Part shown: positions 50,501 to 61,146 of the stretch, piece by piece
How the letters are laid out: every line of letters starts with the position of its first letter
Numbering within the stretch: the stretch's first letter is position 1
From: Macrostomum hystrix
Taxonomy: Eukaryota > Animalia > Platyhelminthes
Direction of reading: 5' to 3'
Length of the DNA: 64,000 bases
NCBI GenBank assembly: GCA_950097015.1
Contig: CATNEN010000001.1
Coordinates: forward strand, 372,001 to 436,000
Position numbers and translations under genes: made by a program
Notes under the pieces: model-generated
Databases searched by the model: none
Told to the model about the DNA's origin: nothing
Seen by the model: only the letters and a program-made list of their open reading frames with translations

Positions 50501-53500
50501 GCTCCGTCTACGAGTCTACGAATACGCCTGCGTCAGCGACATCCAGTCTGCATTCTATCAGATAATGGTACACCCCGGGTGTCGAGACGCTCTACGCATC
50601 ATCCTGCCGAGAGACATCGCCAAGCCACTCGACCAAGACAACATGCAGCTTTGGCGCTTCACGCGGATCGTAATGGGCGCCAGCCCATCACCCTGGATCC
50701 TTCTCACGGTGATCCACAAACTCTGCGCCGACGCCATCGCCGGTGGAACCCACCGTTTCGGACTCCACAAGGGCGAGGTTGAATCTATCCCTTCTGGGCT
50801 CTACATGGATAACCTCGTGCAAGGCTACGATTGCAAGACCGAGGGCCCTCGTTTCGTCGCTGGACTGCGGGCTCTATTCCACTCGGGGCAGTTCCACCTC
50901 CGGGAGTTCGCAGCAAACGACTCACAGGCTCTTCAGGGCCTCCCTGAGGAAGATCGCGTTGAGAACCCAGTCGTCAGAAACCTCGGTATCGTCTGGGACA
51001 CCGTCAATGACACCATCCGACTTGCCAAGCCTACGATTTCATGCGGCATCACGCTTACTCGCGCCAGCTTACTGAGCGTCATCTCCCGCCCCTACGATCC
51101 ATTTGGATACGTTGCCCCCCTCGTTCTGGCGGGCCGACTTCTCTACAGGGCGGCATTCAAGCCTAACGATGCCTGGGACACTCTGGCCGATCCTGCCACC
51201 GTTGACGCTTGGTCCAGGCTCCGTTCAGACTTCGTTGACATCGACCGCATTGTCATACCTCGTCGCTGCGTCACGAAGCGCACTGTTCCCAGTCGCCTGG
51301 TCATCTTCAGTGATGGTTCACCACAGGCGTATGGCTTCACCGTCTATCTGCACCACACTCACGACGGTCGAGTGACCACCACCCTCATCTACGCGAGAGC
51401 ACGTCTCGTCCCAACTGGCAAGAAAGGCCTACTAATTACCGTTCCGCGCATCGAACTCTGGGCCGCTCTTATCGCTACCCGCGCGACCCTTCTCTTACGA
51501 GATATCCTTACTCCAATGCTAGAGATCAGCGGTATAACCCACTTTATCGACAGCCAGATTGTCCTTTACTGGCTCATGGACGGTGCCAAGCTCCGTCCCT
51601 ACGAGTGCCACCGCGTCCAGGAGATACGCAACTCCGGGTTGACAGAGGACCGCCGCTACGTTCCCACTGCAGAGAATCCGGCCGACCATTGTACCAGGCC
51701 CCTAACACTGACCCAGCTTATCGCGTCGAACTTCTACACCGGTCCCGAGTTTATTCAACGGCCTTACCATACGTGGACCTCCTGGCCGCTCCCCGGTCAG
51801 TCCGTCAACCCACCAGAGGAAACTCGGCGTAAAGATAAGCCGTCTATTTCGCTTCTGCACGCTACCAAAGGCGTTGAGGAGCCCCCACCTGGAGACATGG
51901 ATATCACTCGTTTCGGATGCCTCAACACCCTGCTCGGTGCAACCGCATATGTCGTCCGCTTCGTCACGAGGGACAGGACCCGCGGAGTCCCAGGCTTAAA
52001 CGCGCGCAACGCCGCCCTCCTTCTCTGGGTCCGGTACACACAGCGTTTACATTACCTCAAGGACATGATCGCTCTTCAATCGGGCAACCCTGGGAATTGT
52101 CGGCTGGTGAATCAGCTTGCCTTGTATCTTGATACCGACGGTTTCGTCCGCTTGAGCTCACGCATGGCCAACGCCAATTTGGACGCTGATGCACTGCACC
52201 CGTTGCTCCTGCCCTCGAGGAGTCACCTCAGTTATCTATTGATCCGACATATCCACGAGCAGGAGGTACACGCGACTGCCTCCACAGTTCTTAGTCGACT
52301 GAGGGAGCGCTTCTGGATTGTCCGTGGCCTTGCCACTGTGCGCAACGCTCTACGTGGCTGCCTTGTTTGCCGCGCCTCCAAAGCGCCACACATGACTCGC
52401 CCACATCATGGTCAGCTGCCACCTGAACGTTTGGACTTCACGCAGCCCGCTTTCCGCTCAATTCTCATCGATCAGTTAGGACCGATATATACATGGGCGT
52501 CCACGACAAGGACGTCAGCCAAGCGCTGGGTCCTCATCCTCTCCTGCGCGACCAGTCGTGCTGTGCACCTAGAACCTCTGACGGACTACTCCGCGGACGC
52601 GGTGCTCCACGCGTTTGAGAGATTTTGGGCCCGGCGAGGCCTCACGGAAGGTACAATCTTCCTCGATCAGGCGACGGCATTCCAGGCCACCGCCAAGCTG
52701 GTAGATACCCTCCTGGCGCCGACGTTCCAGCACAAGATCTTCACGGATCTTCAACCTTTTGCCACCACCCGTAGACTCCGTTTCAAGTTCGCACCGGTCC
52801 GTTCCCCTTGGCACCAGGGTGCGGTGGAAAGGCTTGTCGCTCTTACCAAAGCCAGCCTACGGCCGGCACTCTGGCGTCGTCGGATCGATGACGATGAACT
52901 GCGGACTCTACTCTGCAGGGTTGAAGCCGTACTCAACACACGCCCCCTCACGGCTCTCAGCAACGACCCAAGGGATATGCGCCCACTGACACCGGCACAT
53001 CTTATAGCCCCAAACGTCTGCCTCGACCTGCCAGCCGCTTCAGAGAGTCTCCTACCACCGGCGGACTCGTCAACCGGCAACGTACTACGGGCGCTCTACT
53101 ACCGCAGGGAACAGATTATCGACGCCTTTTGGGATCGCTGGCGCCGCGAATACCTCCAGCATCTGCGATCAATCCATCTGGCAGAACGACGACGCAATCC
53201 AGGGGTAACCCAGCAGCCTCGTCAGGATCAACTCTGCCTTCTCGTTGAGAGCACACCTCGTGCCAGTTGGAAGACTTGTCGCATCCTAGCCCTGCACCCG
53301 GATGCACAAGGCGTCGTGCGCTACGTCACAATCCGCACCAGTGCCGGTTACGAATCCCGGCGTCCTGTCGAGCATCTCGTCCCGCTGGAGGCCGAAGTTG
53401 TGGAGCCGGATCCAGAAATCGGCGCCAGGGCGAAGACCCAGGACAGCTCACCGCAGTCGCCAACGGCAACAAATGTCACGGCTGTACCGACTTCGGTCCG

Positions 53501-54102
53501 CTCTCTTCGCGCCCGTAAGCGGCAGGGAGTCCGAGACGCCCTGTTTGACATTCCCTGAGTGTTACTTCGTGCACTATGAACCTAGAGTTTACCTCAAAGA
53601 GACTAAAACTGATGTTCTATCTTCCGCTTCCTAATTTCCTACGCCGTATCCTAGCCATCCGTACAGCCCCCCCCAATCTGTCGGATTCATCTGGCAATCC
53701 TCCACGTTAATTCAAGCTTGCCCTACTGCGCTAAATTTAACTCCTTGTTACACCTTGTTTACCCATAGACACCCCCAGCCTCAACTGTACTCTTAAATTA
53801 AATACAAAGTCGCCCAGCCGTTCCCCAAAAGAAACTACACACACGCATGTTCGTTCTAGCAACTTAAGCTTAACATAAAGCCTTTGTCTCAGTCAGTTGA
53901 CGACACCTGGCTTGCCCACCTTGTTCTGAGTCTTGTTGATCTTCTGTCCGCCAGGTCCTGAGCCGCTGATAAACTGCTCGCGCATCGCGGACTCGTCCAA
54001 AGGCGGATAGTCGGGCCGTTTCCTACTAGAAGAGGCCAGGAAACGCCAGAGGTTGCCCAGCTGGCGGGGCAGCTGGCCATTGAACCGCTGGCAAAGCGAG
54101 GT
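47018..54102 (-). CDS. MTRFR: Mitochondrial translation release factor in rescue (C12orf65). Exons 53920-54102 and 47018-47344; first exon uncertain (possibly MLFWNLAFKR near 54965-54994)
   Basis: [62 protein letters not shown]: GGQ motif and C12orf65-type C-terminus, joined by a phase-0 GT-AG intron. Confidence 0.9.
47390..47672. repeat. (CAGA)n imperfect microsatellite
   Basis: Direct reading; intronic, adjacent to the LTR element. Confidence 0.93.
47678..53905 (+). mobile_element. Intact BEL/Pao LTR retrotransposon
   Basis: TG...CA LTRs at 47678-47904 and 53679-53905 (227 bp, identical by eye). 5-bp TSD cctgg. PBS tggtagcagagcgtggtt, complementary to initiator tRNA-Met. Confidence 0.97.
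47943..53558 (+). CDS. BEL/Pao Gag-Pol polyprotein (Gag, three Zn knuckles, protease, RT, RNase H, integrase)
   Basis: CVYCDQSGH/CFNCLGDH/CRKCGSKHHTSLH knuckles, LIDGG protease, LNDLLETGPNLL and YMDN RT, FSDGS RNase H, HHCC plus DDE integrase, FWDRWRREYL tail. One uninterrupted ORF. Confidence 0.96.
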   Translation: MVNTRATSAETGDTTDPISGDHAGQEQATGGATAGPSAPLLQPTVAGQPPANQDMLQHLLGVMVTMMQQNQQLLTQLQSQTAAAPPAPAAVPDANPLPTARRPASFVGDSVLRNARLPTFDGEDPAAFPAFWGAFDHRIHALEMSPVDKFEVLRGLLTGAALRKLGGLDACQPGAYEEARRILEYNYGDLQEQKSACYKRLLDMPRLNDVDFRTLEPFADALRLTVGQLARLQEPEAAMDAYIHALWPKLPIALRTDIQDARIKATQSPMPTMTDLQGHLDAKLRVLRAARTVTNEAPAEAPYSGASLLGATSNSCPPAAQNSGRSYAAGRHQHGPSRKNTIRCQDIAGCVYCDQSGHNASRCDRVTQPEDRFSAVRRKKLCFNCLGDHEARHCPSSSRCRKCGSKHHTSLHGAYPREPAIQTGAGPSAHSRRPHQPIVNSHLSGTSPLVESTEDSSGPVNAISCVSSAQDSLLQPIVMATFSAPAVNPATGDSAPITALIDGGCSYTYLRGDIARRIGLQSLGTISLDSSACHAESRRRVHANIVRLELATLDGRRMPLKVLSVERIAPAIHLQALQLPKDILTTLAHLPLGIANAPPMVDKEVDLDLLIGNDYAQLLVGPSVGAIPLRRSFTAHLTPFGAVLTGSLTGTSDTHAICTRATELLCTGRLIVNSLHGLTEQPVPDNLSHLELLVDRMTSLEILGLGPNTERTTQSEDLQTKRLLDSATREPDGRFSVALPFKPGAEQLPSNFGQAYGRARAVHNRLDLLQRMKYYAEFEKRKTEGVLEIVDSRSPPGPIVHVLPHFPVIKESSNTTKIRPVVDASAPTSLGGSCLNDLLETGPNLLTDLLQVQLRLRVYEYACVSDIQSAFYQIMVHPGCRDALRIILPRDIAKPLDQDNMQLWRFTRIVMGASPSPWILLTVIHKLCADAIAGGTHRFGLHKGEVESIPSGLYMDNLVQGYDCKTEGPRFVAGLRALFHSGQFHLREFAANDSQALQGLPEEDRVENPVVRNLGIVWDTVNDTIRLAKPTISCGITLTRASLLSVISRPYDPFGYVAPLVLAGRLLYRAAFKPNDAWDTLADPATVDAWSRLRSDFVDIDRIVIPRRCVTKRTVPSRLVIFSDGSPQAYGFTVYLHHTHDGRVTTTLIYARARLVPTGKKGLLITVPRIELWAALIATRATLLLRDILTPMLEISGITHFIDSQIVLYWLMDGAKLRPYECHRVQEIRNSGLTEDRRYVPTAENPADHCTRPLTLTQLIASNFYTGPEFIQRPYHTWTSWPLPGQSVNPPEETRRKDKPSISLLHATKGVEEPPPGDMDITRFGCLNTLLGATAYVVRFVTRDRTRGVPGLNARNAALLLWVRYTQRLHYLKDMIALQSGNPGNCRLVNQLALYLDTDGFVRLSSRMANANLDADALHPLLLPSRSHLSYLLIRHIHEQEVHATASTVLSRLRERFWIVRGLATVRNALRGCLVCRASKAPHMTRPHHGQLPPERLDFTQPAFRSILIDQLGPIYTWASTTRTSAKRWVLILSCATSRAVHLEPLTDYSADAVLHAFERFWARRGLTEGTIFLDQATAFQATAKLVDTLLAPTFQHKIFTDLQPFATTRRLRFKFAPVRSPWHQGAVERLVALTKASLRPALWRRRIDDDELRTLLCRVEAVLNTRPLTALSNDPRDMRPLTPAHLIAPNVCLDLPAASESLLPPADSSTGNVLRALYYRREQIIDAFWDRWRREYLQHLRSIHLAERRRNPGVTQQPRQDQLCLLVESTPRASWKTCRILALHPDAQGVVRYVTIRTSAGYESRRPVEHLVPLEAEVVEPDPEIGARAKTQDSSPQSPTATNVTAVPTSVRSLRARKRQGVRDALFDIP

Positions 54103-54454
54103 CTGCAGGGCGGGTCGTGTTTACAATGCGATGAGGATAGCTGGAGCGGAGGAGGCTGGATTAGCTGGGATTAACTGGGATTAGTTTTGGGAGATTTTTT
54201 AAGCTTAGAAAATGGTGGGTAAAGAAGAGAGGTAAAACACGGAGAAAAGGATGCCAAGAAAGAAGCCGTTTGCAAAATGAATTGATAAAAACTAAAGAAG
54301 ACCAAAGATTGAAATAAGGAAAACACACATGGCATAGCAATGAGGAGATAAGTGGTACTTTTAACAGCAAGGAGGTCCATACTGGTAGAGAGACTGGAGT
54401 GCTTGTGAAAGCGGGGAGATACAATGTGGGGATGAAAAGAAGGGAGAATAGTGG

Positions 54455-54890
54455 TGAGAGAGGGGGAGAGAGGGGAAGAGAGGGGAGAGAGGGGAAGAGA
54501 GGGGAGAGAGGGAAGAGAGGGGAGAGAGGGGAAGAGAGGGGAGAGAGGGAAGAGAGGGGAGAGAGGGGAAGAGAGGGGGAGAGAGGGGAAGAGAGGGGGA
54601 GAGAGGGGAAGAGAGGGGGAGAGAGGGGAAGAGAGGGGGAGAGAGGGAAGAGAGGGTAAGAGAGGGGAGAAATTAGGGGAGAAAGGATGGGAAAGAAGGG
54701 AGAAAGGATGGGAGAGAAGTGAGAAAGGATGGGAGAGAAGTGAGAAAGGATGGGAGAGAAGTGGGAAAAGAGGGGAGAAAGGATGAGAGAGAAGTGGGAA
54801 AAGAGGGGAGAAAGGATGGGAGAGAAGTGGGAAAAGAGGGGAGAAAGGGGAGAAAGGATGGGAGAAAAGGGAGAAATGAGAGAATGGAGC
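54455..54890. repeat. Polypurine (GA-rich) low-complexity tract
   Basis: Direct reading. Confidence 0.92.
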
Positions 54891-55477
54891 AGAAACTGGA
54901 AAACGGAGCAGATTAGTTTTGTTGGGCATAAAACTGTTACAATCGAAATAAATAAGATAAACACACGTTTAAAGGCCAAGTTCCAAAATAGCATATGCGT
55001 AGTGTTTCTCTTTAAAATCCGAATAAGTAAATAAAAATTTCTTAAAGTTCTGTACAGGTCAAAGTTAGTACAATTTATTTTATATAAGTTTTTATTTACT
55101 TTGTTATTAATCATGGATTTAAAGATAGAAAGCAGTTCACCAATTCTGTCTAAGTAATTTTATAAAAATAAATTAACAAAAAATATAAAACTAAAGACAG
55201 AAACTAATAAACTACCCGGAATTGTTTCAACAGCTGTTTATAACAAATATTTAACTTCTCTTTTCTGGCATTCTGAATGACACCTGTTGCAGAACAAATA
55301 GATTGACAATCTCTGCTCAGTGCATATACACCTGTTTCATCAATCTATGAAAAGAACTCATCCCAGCTTATCTATGAGTATAAAACCATCATCTCATCCG
55401 TTCTGTAGCAGCAGACGAAACATTTTCTATCACTCATAATCTAAATCTGAACTCAGGATCAAAATCTCATCCTCATT

Positions 55478-56172
55478 GTAGCTAAGTGATCAAAATCTCT
55501 CCCTCTACGTAGCTAGAGATCAAAATCTCACCCTCTGCGTAGCTAGGAGATCAAAATCTCACCGTTTACGAAGCTAAGAGATAAAAATCTCACCCTCTAC
55601 GTAGCTAAGAGATCAAAATCTCACCCTCTGCGTAGCTAGAGATCAAAATCTTACCCTCTACGCAGCAAGAGATCAAAATCTCACCCTCTACGTAGCTAGA
55701 GATAAAAATCTCACCCTCTGCGTAGCTAGGAGATCAAAATCTCACCGTTTACGAAGCTAAGAGATCAAAATCTCACCCTCTACGTAGCTAAGAGATCAAA
55801 ATCTCACCCTCTGCGTAGCTAGAGATCAAAATCTTACCCTCTACGCAGCAAGAGATCAAAATCTCACCCTCTACGTAGCTAGAGATAAAAATCTCACCCT
55901 CTGCGTAGCTAAGAGATCAAAATCTCACCGTTTACGAAGCTAAGAGATCAAAATCTCACCCTCTACGTAGCTAAGAGATCAAAATCTCACCCTCTGCGTA
56001 GCTAGAGATCAAAATCTTACCCTCTACGCAGCAAGAGATCAAAATCTCACCCTCTACGAAGCTAAGAGATAAAAAGCTCACCCTCTACGAAGCTAAGAGA
56101 TAAAAATCTCACCCTATACGTAGCTAAGAGATCGAAATCTCACCCTTGACGGTGCTAGAGATCAAAATCTCA
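55478..56172. repeat. 30-31-bp minisatellite (gagatcaaaatctcaccctctacgtagctaa)n
   Basis: Direct reading. Confidence 0.95.
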
Positions 56173-56679
56173 CAATTTTTTAAAGGGCGTATGTTTGAGA
56201 AAAGCAAAAATTTCCATTCGAAATAAATTAACGATTAGTAAAAAAAACCTTACAAAGAGATATAAATAAACCTAACAATGATTACTGCCTTTGTCATGCT
56301 GAAGCGGACACAGTTGTTTCATACAAGTGAGTAATCTATAGGCATAGAAGTTCGTTTTAAGTTCAGTTAAGAAAAATAAGTTTTTTTTATTAAAGCAAAA
56401 AGCAATTTTAAATAGAAAAAAACGAGCACTGCACGTAAAGCAAGAAATATGCACATCTGTTTAGTCTTAAAAGTTTACGAGAATATACAACAACTAACTA
56501 TAAGGAGTTAAGGTGAATTTGAAGTGAACCGCAGTGAATGTTTAACCTTTAGTTCAAAAAAGAAGAAACGAAGTTTTGTTTTGCCTAAACAATGAAAGAA
56601 TTAGTAGATTTTATTAGTTAAGAGATGTAGAAAAAAATAAGGAAACGAAAAAGATTAGTAAGCCACCCGGGGATGGTGG

Positions 56680-56925
56680 TCGGTGGCAGAGCGGTTAACG
56701 CGTTTGCCTCTCGCACCACGGTCCCTAAGTTCGATTCCACGGTGAGGCCACATTTATTTAGGGCGCAGCCGCGGAGAGAAGGCTTGTGGGCTTGTCGTGC
56801 AATTTACGCCCTTGAGCGGCAACCTACAAGGCACAGTGAAATGTACACTGCCCGATGATACGAAAGTCAGGGCAGATGTACACACCTGTGTGAGCGTGTG
56901 CCTGCGTACGGTAACTGTGTGCTGT
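56680..56925 (+). mobile_element. SINE family 1, 5' two-thirds
   Basis: tRNA-like head ggtggcagagcggttaacgcg...aagttcgattcc; no tail. Confidence 0.88.
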
Positions 56926-57069
56926 AGATTCAGATCCAAGATATTATAAGGTTACAATTAGATGGACTATAGCAGAGGTAGAATTTCTAAACAAAGCATA
57001 GTTGTTAAACGTGCAGGTAGAATAAAAAAACGCGATCATATATTGTGGCATCAGAGGCTCCATCTAAAC

Positions 57070-57555
57070 TCAGTCGTCCCAGAGTTCCTCTGTGCGCACG
57101 AATTTGAAGATCATATTACCAGCAAAGATGAAACCGTTCTGCATAAATATAGCCACGCCAGGCCATACCGGAGTCTTCTGTGGACCAACGTAGACGCCAA
57201 ACAGAATCCAGATGGACGCAATCAGAGAGCCGAAAGCCAGAATAAAGCCCAAGAATAGCCACAACCTAGCGGCATTCTGGCCGAAGCAGCCGTCAGTGTA
57301 GGCTTCGCTACCCGTCACCTGGCCATTGCTAATGGAATTAACCATGAACACGGCTACAGTGGCCAATACGCCGCAAGTGTGCACAGCGTGGTGCATTTCC
57401 GAGTGCGACGGATAAGCTGCGGCAGCGTCGATCATAATCCACCAACCAATGGCCACAAGGCCGCCACCCAGTGCGCTAGCTATGAAATTGCGGTAAGGCC
57501 GCACATTTGAACAGTCGCATTGCGGTAAGCGAGCGTTGTCAAGACAACCGGACAT
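57070..57555 (-). CDS. TMEM50: Transmembrane protein 50 (UPF0220/Vps68 family), coding region intronless
   Basis: RNFIASALGGGLVAIGWWIMIDAAA, ARLWLFLGFILAFGSLIASIWILFG and KFVRTEELW match TMEM50A/B. Confidence 0.93.
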   Translation of the reverse strand: MSGCLDNARLPQCDCSNVRPYRNFIASALGGGLVAIGWWIMIDAAAAYPSHSEMHHAVHTCGVLATVAVFMVNSISNGQVTGSEAYTDGCFGQNAARLWLFLGFILAFGSLIASIWILFGVYVGPQKTPVWPGVAIFMQNGFIFAGNMIFKFVRTEELWDD

Positions 57556-57835
57556 AATGTTGGCTAGTGTCGATTTCTATGATTTTGTGTTTTTAAACTG
57601 TCTTTTTAGTTGAAGTGCCGCCGCGATGCGAAAGCTGAAAATTTATTGTAGGGTTTTTAGCATTTTTACGAATGTGACAGCACTTGTTTAACTGTCCGCC
57701 TAACTAGCCTGTCTTGAGTATCTGTCTTGAGCACATCTGTCACTCAGTTTCTTCCTTAGTTTTACGCCCACTGTTATATCTAGATGTTGTTCAGAAAAAA
57801 AATAATAAAAAAGAAGACTAAAAAATTTTATGTAA

Positions 57836-58045
57836 AGTGCCTGACGATTAGAAAATCAGGGCAGATGTACACACCTGTGTGAGCGTGTGCCAGTAGTGTA
57901 CGGTATCCATGTTCTGTGTGTGTGCTCAGAAGTCAGCGCAATGGGCAGAATTGCCTCCTCGCTGGCTGCGGGTTCAGTGTCATTAAATGATGTACCATTG
58001 CCCGCACTCCACAGCCCTTCTGCAATAATAATAATTATTATTATC
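57836..58045 (+). mobile_element. SINE family 1, 3' half with A/T-rich tail
   Basis: Shares the family body and the aataataattattatt tail. Confidence 0.82.
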
Positions 58046-58599
58046 AGCTGCCTTAATAGTAAGAAAAAATGGAGCAGCAACTGTGACATCAACATCAACT
58101 GTTAAGAGAGAAATGTCCCAAAGATAAAACGGGGAGCAGCTGATGCCATACCCAAAAACTAAAAAAATGATGAAAGCTGCTTTGCTCGCAATCTGAGACA
58201 CGAATTCTAGCTCGTATATATGAATAATTCTTTAGACATGCCCGAACTGTTCCCAAAACGGGACCGGACCAAAACTGATTCGACGGCGATTCGCCATTTT
58301 GTTGTAAGTAGATGCAGCAGCATGGGATGAGAGTGGAGACAAAACTAGCAAGCATAAATGATAGAATTATAGATCTGTTGAGACGAACAGAAGTAAAATA
58401 GGGAATGTAAGACCGGAATCGATAAATTCTCGGGGTTAAATGAGCCGAAGAAATCTCGTTATTACATTTTCTACTTACTGAGCACAGCTGAGAAATTTTA
58501 GAACACACATAATGATGTGATGGGGATAGCTCAGACCCATATCTATCTTATAGGTAATCGCATCGCCAGGGACTACCAGCTGCATCCGAAAGATTTTCC

Positions 58600-58720
58600 C
58601 CGGTAGCTAAGTCAAGAAGGACACAATTTGTTTTTTGGAATCAAGAATCGAACCTCCAACCTTTATGTCGTGTGTCTGACGCGTTCTAACCACTAGGCTA
58701 CAAACCGCGCTGGCTACAAT
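58600..58720 (-). mobile_element. SINE family 2, degenerate 5' fragment
   Basis: aaggacacaa...atcgaacc...gttctaaccactaggctacaa resembles 8905-9000. Confidence 0.55.
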
Positions 58721-59303
58721 GTCGCTAGTAGCAGAATTAGGCTTTAGAGAAGCGAATTCAGATGAAATCTGCATTAAGCTCATGCGCCGTTTTTTTCAAC
58801 TTAATCACGAACCCGAAATAAAGCTTTCTAGCAAGCTACGCAGCTCCAACTGAAAACCAGGAAAGACACTCCGGCTGACGCATTTCTAATTCAAAGCTTA
58901 AGCCTTCTAGAAATGATCGATGAATGAATGTATCGATGGATAGGAAGACATACCGACAAAGCGTATTGACACAGCGCACCGAAATAGCACTTTACACAAG
59001 CAAGGACTACTTTAACACGGATCTATATTTATATTCCATGCTAAAATTGAAACCGAAATTCCCACTAGCTGTGGAAAATGTTCATATTACATAATGCACC
59101 GCTTGAGCAAAGTGCGCTTAAATGCAAGATTTCGAAATTCTTTCAAAAGAATAGTTCTTGATTGTAAGACATTTGCAAGACAAGAGACAATTCTTCTTTT
59201 TAATTCTTTAAATTCTTCCTTGAAGTATTATGTAAACTTCTTTAAACTATAGTAAACAGGTAATTTTTCATCCTCTGTCGATTTATTGCGATATTTCGCG
59301 ATG

Positions 59304-60650
59304 TTACTTGATTCGGAAGATTCCTTTGGAACAGAATATTCTTTACTTGATCCTAACGATTACTTTGGAAGAGAAGATTCCTAACTTGATTCGGACGATT
59401 CCTTTGGAAGAGAATATTCTTTACTTGATTCCGACGATTCCTTTTGTACAGAAGATTCGTTACTTGATTCGGACGATTCCTTTGGTACAGAATATTCTTT
59501 ACTTGATCCTGACGATTCCTTTGGAAGAGAAGATTCCTTACTTGATTCGGACGATTCCTTTGGAAGAGAATATTCTTTACTTGATCCTGACGATTCCTTT
59601 GAAAGAGAAGATTCCTTACTTGATTCGGACGATTCCTTTGGAAGAGAATATTCCTTACTTGATCCTGACGATTCCTTTGGAAGAGAAGATTCCTTACTTG
59701 ATCCTGACGATTCCTTTGGAAGAGAAGATTCCTTACTTGATTCGGACGATTCCTTTGGAAGAGAATATTCTTTACTTGATTCCGACGATTCCTTTTGTAC
59801 AGAAGATTCGTTACTTGATTCGGAAGATTCCTTTGGTACAGAATATTCTTTACTTGATCCTGACGATTCCTTTGGAAGAGAAGATTCCTTACTTGATTCT
59901 GACGATTCCTTTAGAAGAGAATATTCTTTACTTGATTCCGACGATTCCTTTGGAAGAGAATATTCTTTACTTGATTCCGACGATTCCTTTTGTACAGAAG
60001 ATTCGTTACTTGATTCGGAAGATTCCTTTGGTACAGAATATTCTTTACTTGATCCTGACGATTCCTTTGGAAGAGAAGATTCCTTACTTGATTCTGACGA
60101 TTCCTTTAGAAGAGAATATTCTTTACTTGATTCCGACGATTCCTTTGGAAGAGAAGATTCCTTACTTGATTCGGACGATTCCTTTGGAAGAGAATATTCT
60201 TTACTTGATCCTGACGATTCCTTTGGAAGAGAAGATTCTTTACTTGATTCGGACGATTCCTTTGGAAGAGAAGATTCCTTACTTGATTCGGACGATTCCT
60301 TTGGAAGAGAATATTCTTTACTTGATTCCGACGATTCCTTTGGTACAGAAGATTCTTAATTTGATTCGGACGATTCCTTTGGTACAGAAGATTCTTAATT
60401 TGATTCGGACGATTCCTTTGGTAAAGAAGATTCCTTACTTGATTCGGACGATTCCCTTGGTAGAGAAGATTATTTACTTGACTCGGACGATTCCCTTGGT
60501 AGAGAAGATTATTTACTTGACTCGGACGATTCCCTTGTTAGAGAAGATTCTTTACTTGACTCGGACGATTCCCTTGTTAGAGAAGATTCTTTACTTGACT
60601 CGGACGATTCCCTTGGTAGAGAAGATTCTTTCCTTGATTCGGACGATTCT
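59304..60650. repeat. 39-bp minisatellite (ttacttgattcggacgattcctttggaagagaagattcc)n
   Basis: Direct reading. Confidence 0.96.
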
Positions 60651-61146
60651 TGTTGTGAAGAGCAGATGAAATTTTCTTTTGATATGGAATGTTTGGAATC
60701 CAAGGAAAAGCAATGAATTTTTTGAACGATTCCTTATAGCCGAGATTCAATTAAAGTTTGTCTGTATACAACTGCTAGCAGAAATAAACAAGCAGAAAAG
60801 CGACATAGAGTTATTGCCAAACAACACAGCTTTAAGAATAAACGGGTCGAGCACTAATAGACCAAGGTAAGGGCTTGGCCTTCGATACTAATCGCTTACC
60901 TCTGACAATGATAAGGTAAAATCAAACCAAACAAGTTTTCTTTCATTATATTTTCTCACTCGTAGCGGGGCCTTGATCACACAACTTTAATTTCGCTGCC
61001 GTTTGATATAAAAACTATCAAACACAAAGATTGGGCCAATATATCAATGCCAAATCGAATGTTGCAATCAGTTTAAAAAAATAACTGCGGTCCAGTTGAC
61101 TCCAGGCTGTCAATCTTCGTACTGATCCGATTAGCCGATTAGCGAA

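Noticed and set aside
47920-53634. Many short nested or antisense ORFs in the retrotransposon, including a possible env
   Set aside because: Shadow ORFs of GC-rich coding sequence; only 120 nt lie between the pol stop and the 3' LTR.
54161-55114. 317-aa Pro/Leu/Ser-rich ORF
   Set aside because: Mostly translation of the polypurine/polypyrimidine tract upstream of the MTRFR GGQ exon.
56680-56745. tRNA gene
   Set aside because: A and B boxes are present, but there is no full cloverleaf and it continues into a multicopy SINE body.
59308-60669. 453-aa repetitive ORF (IPYLIRTIPLEEK)
   Set aside because: 39-bp minisatellite; non-ATG start and no unique domain.
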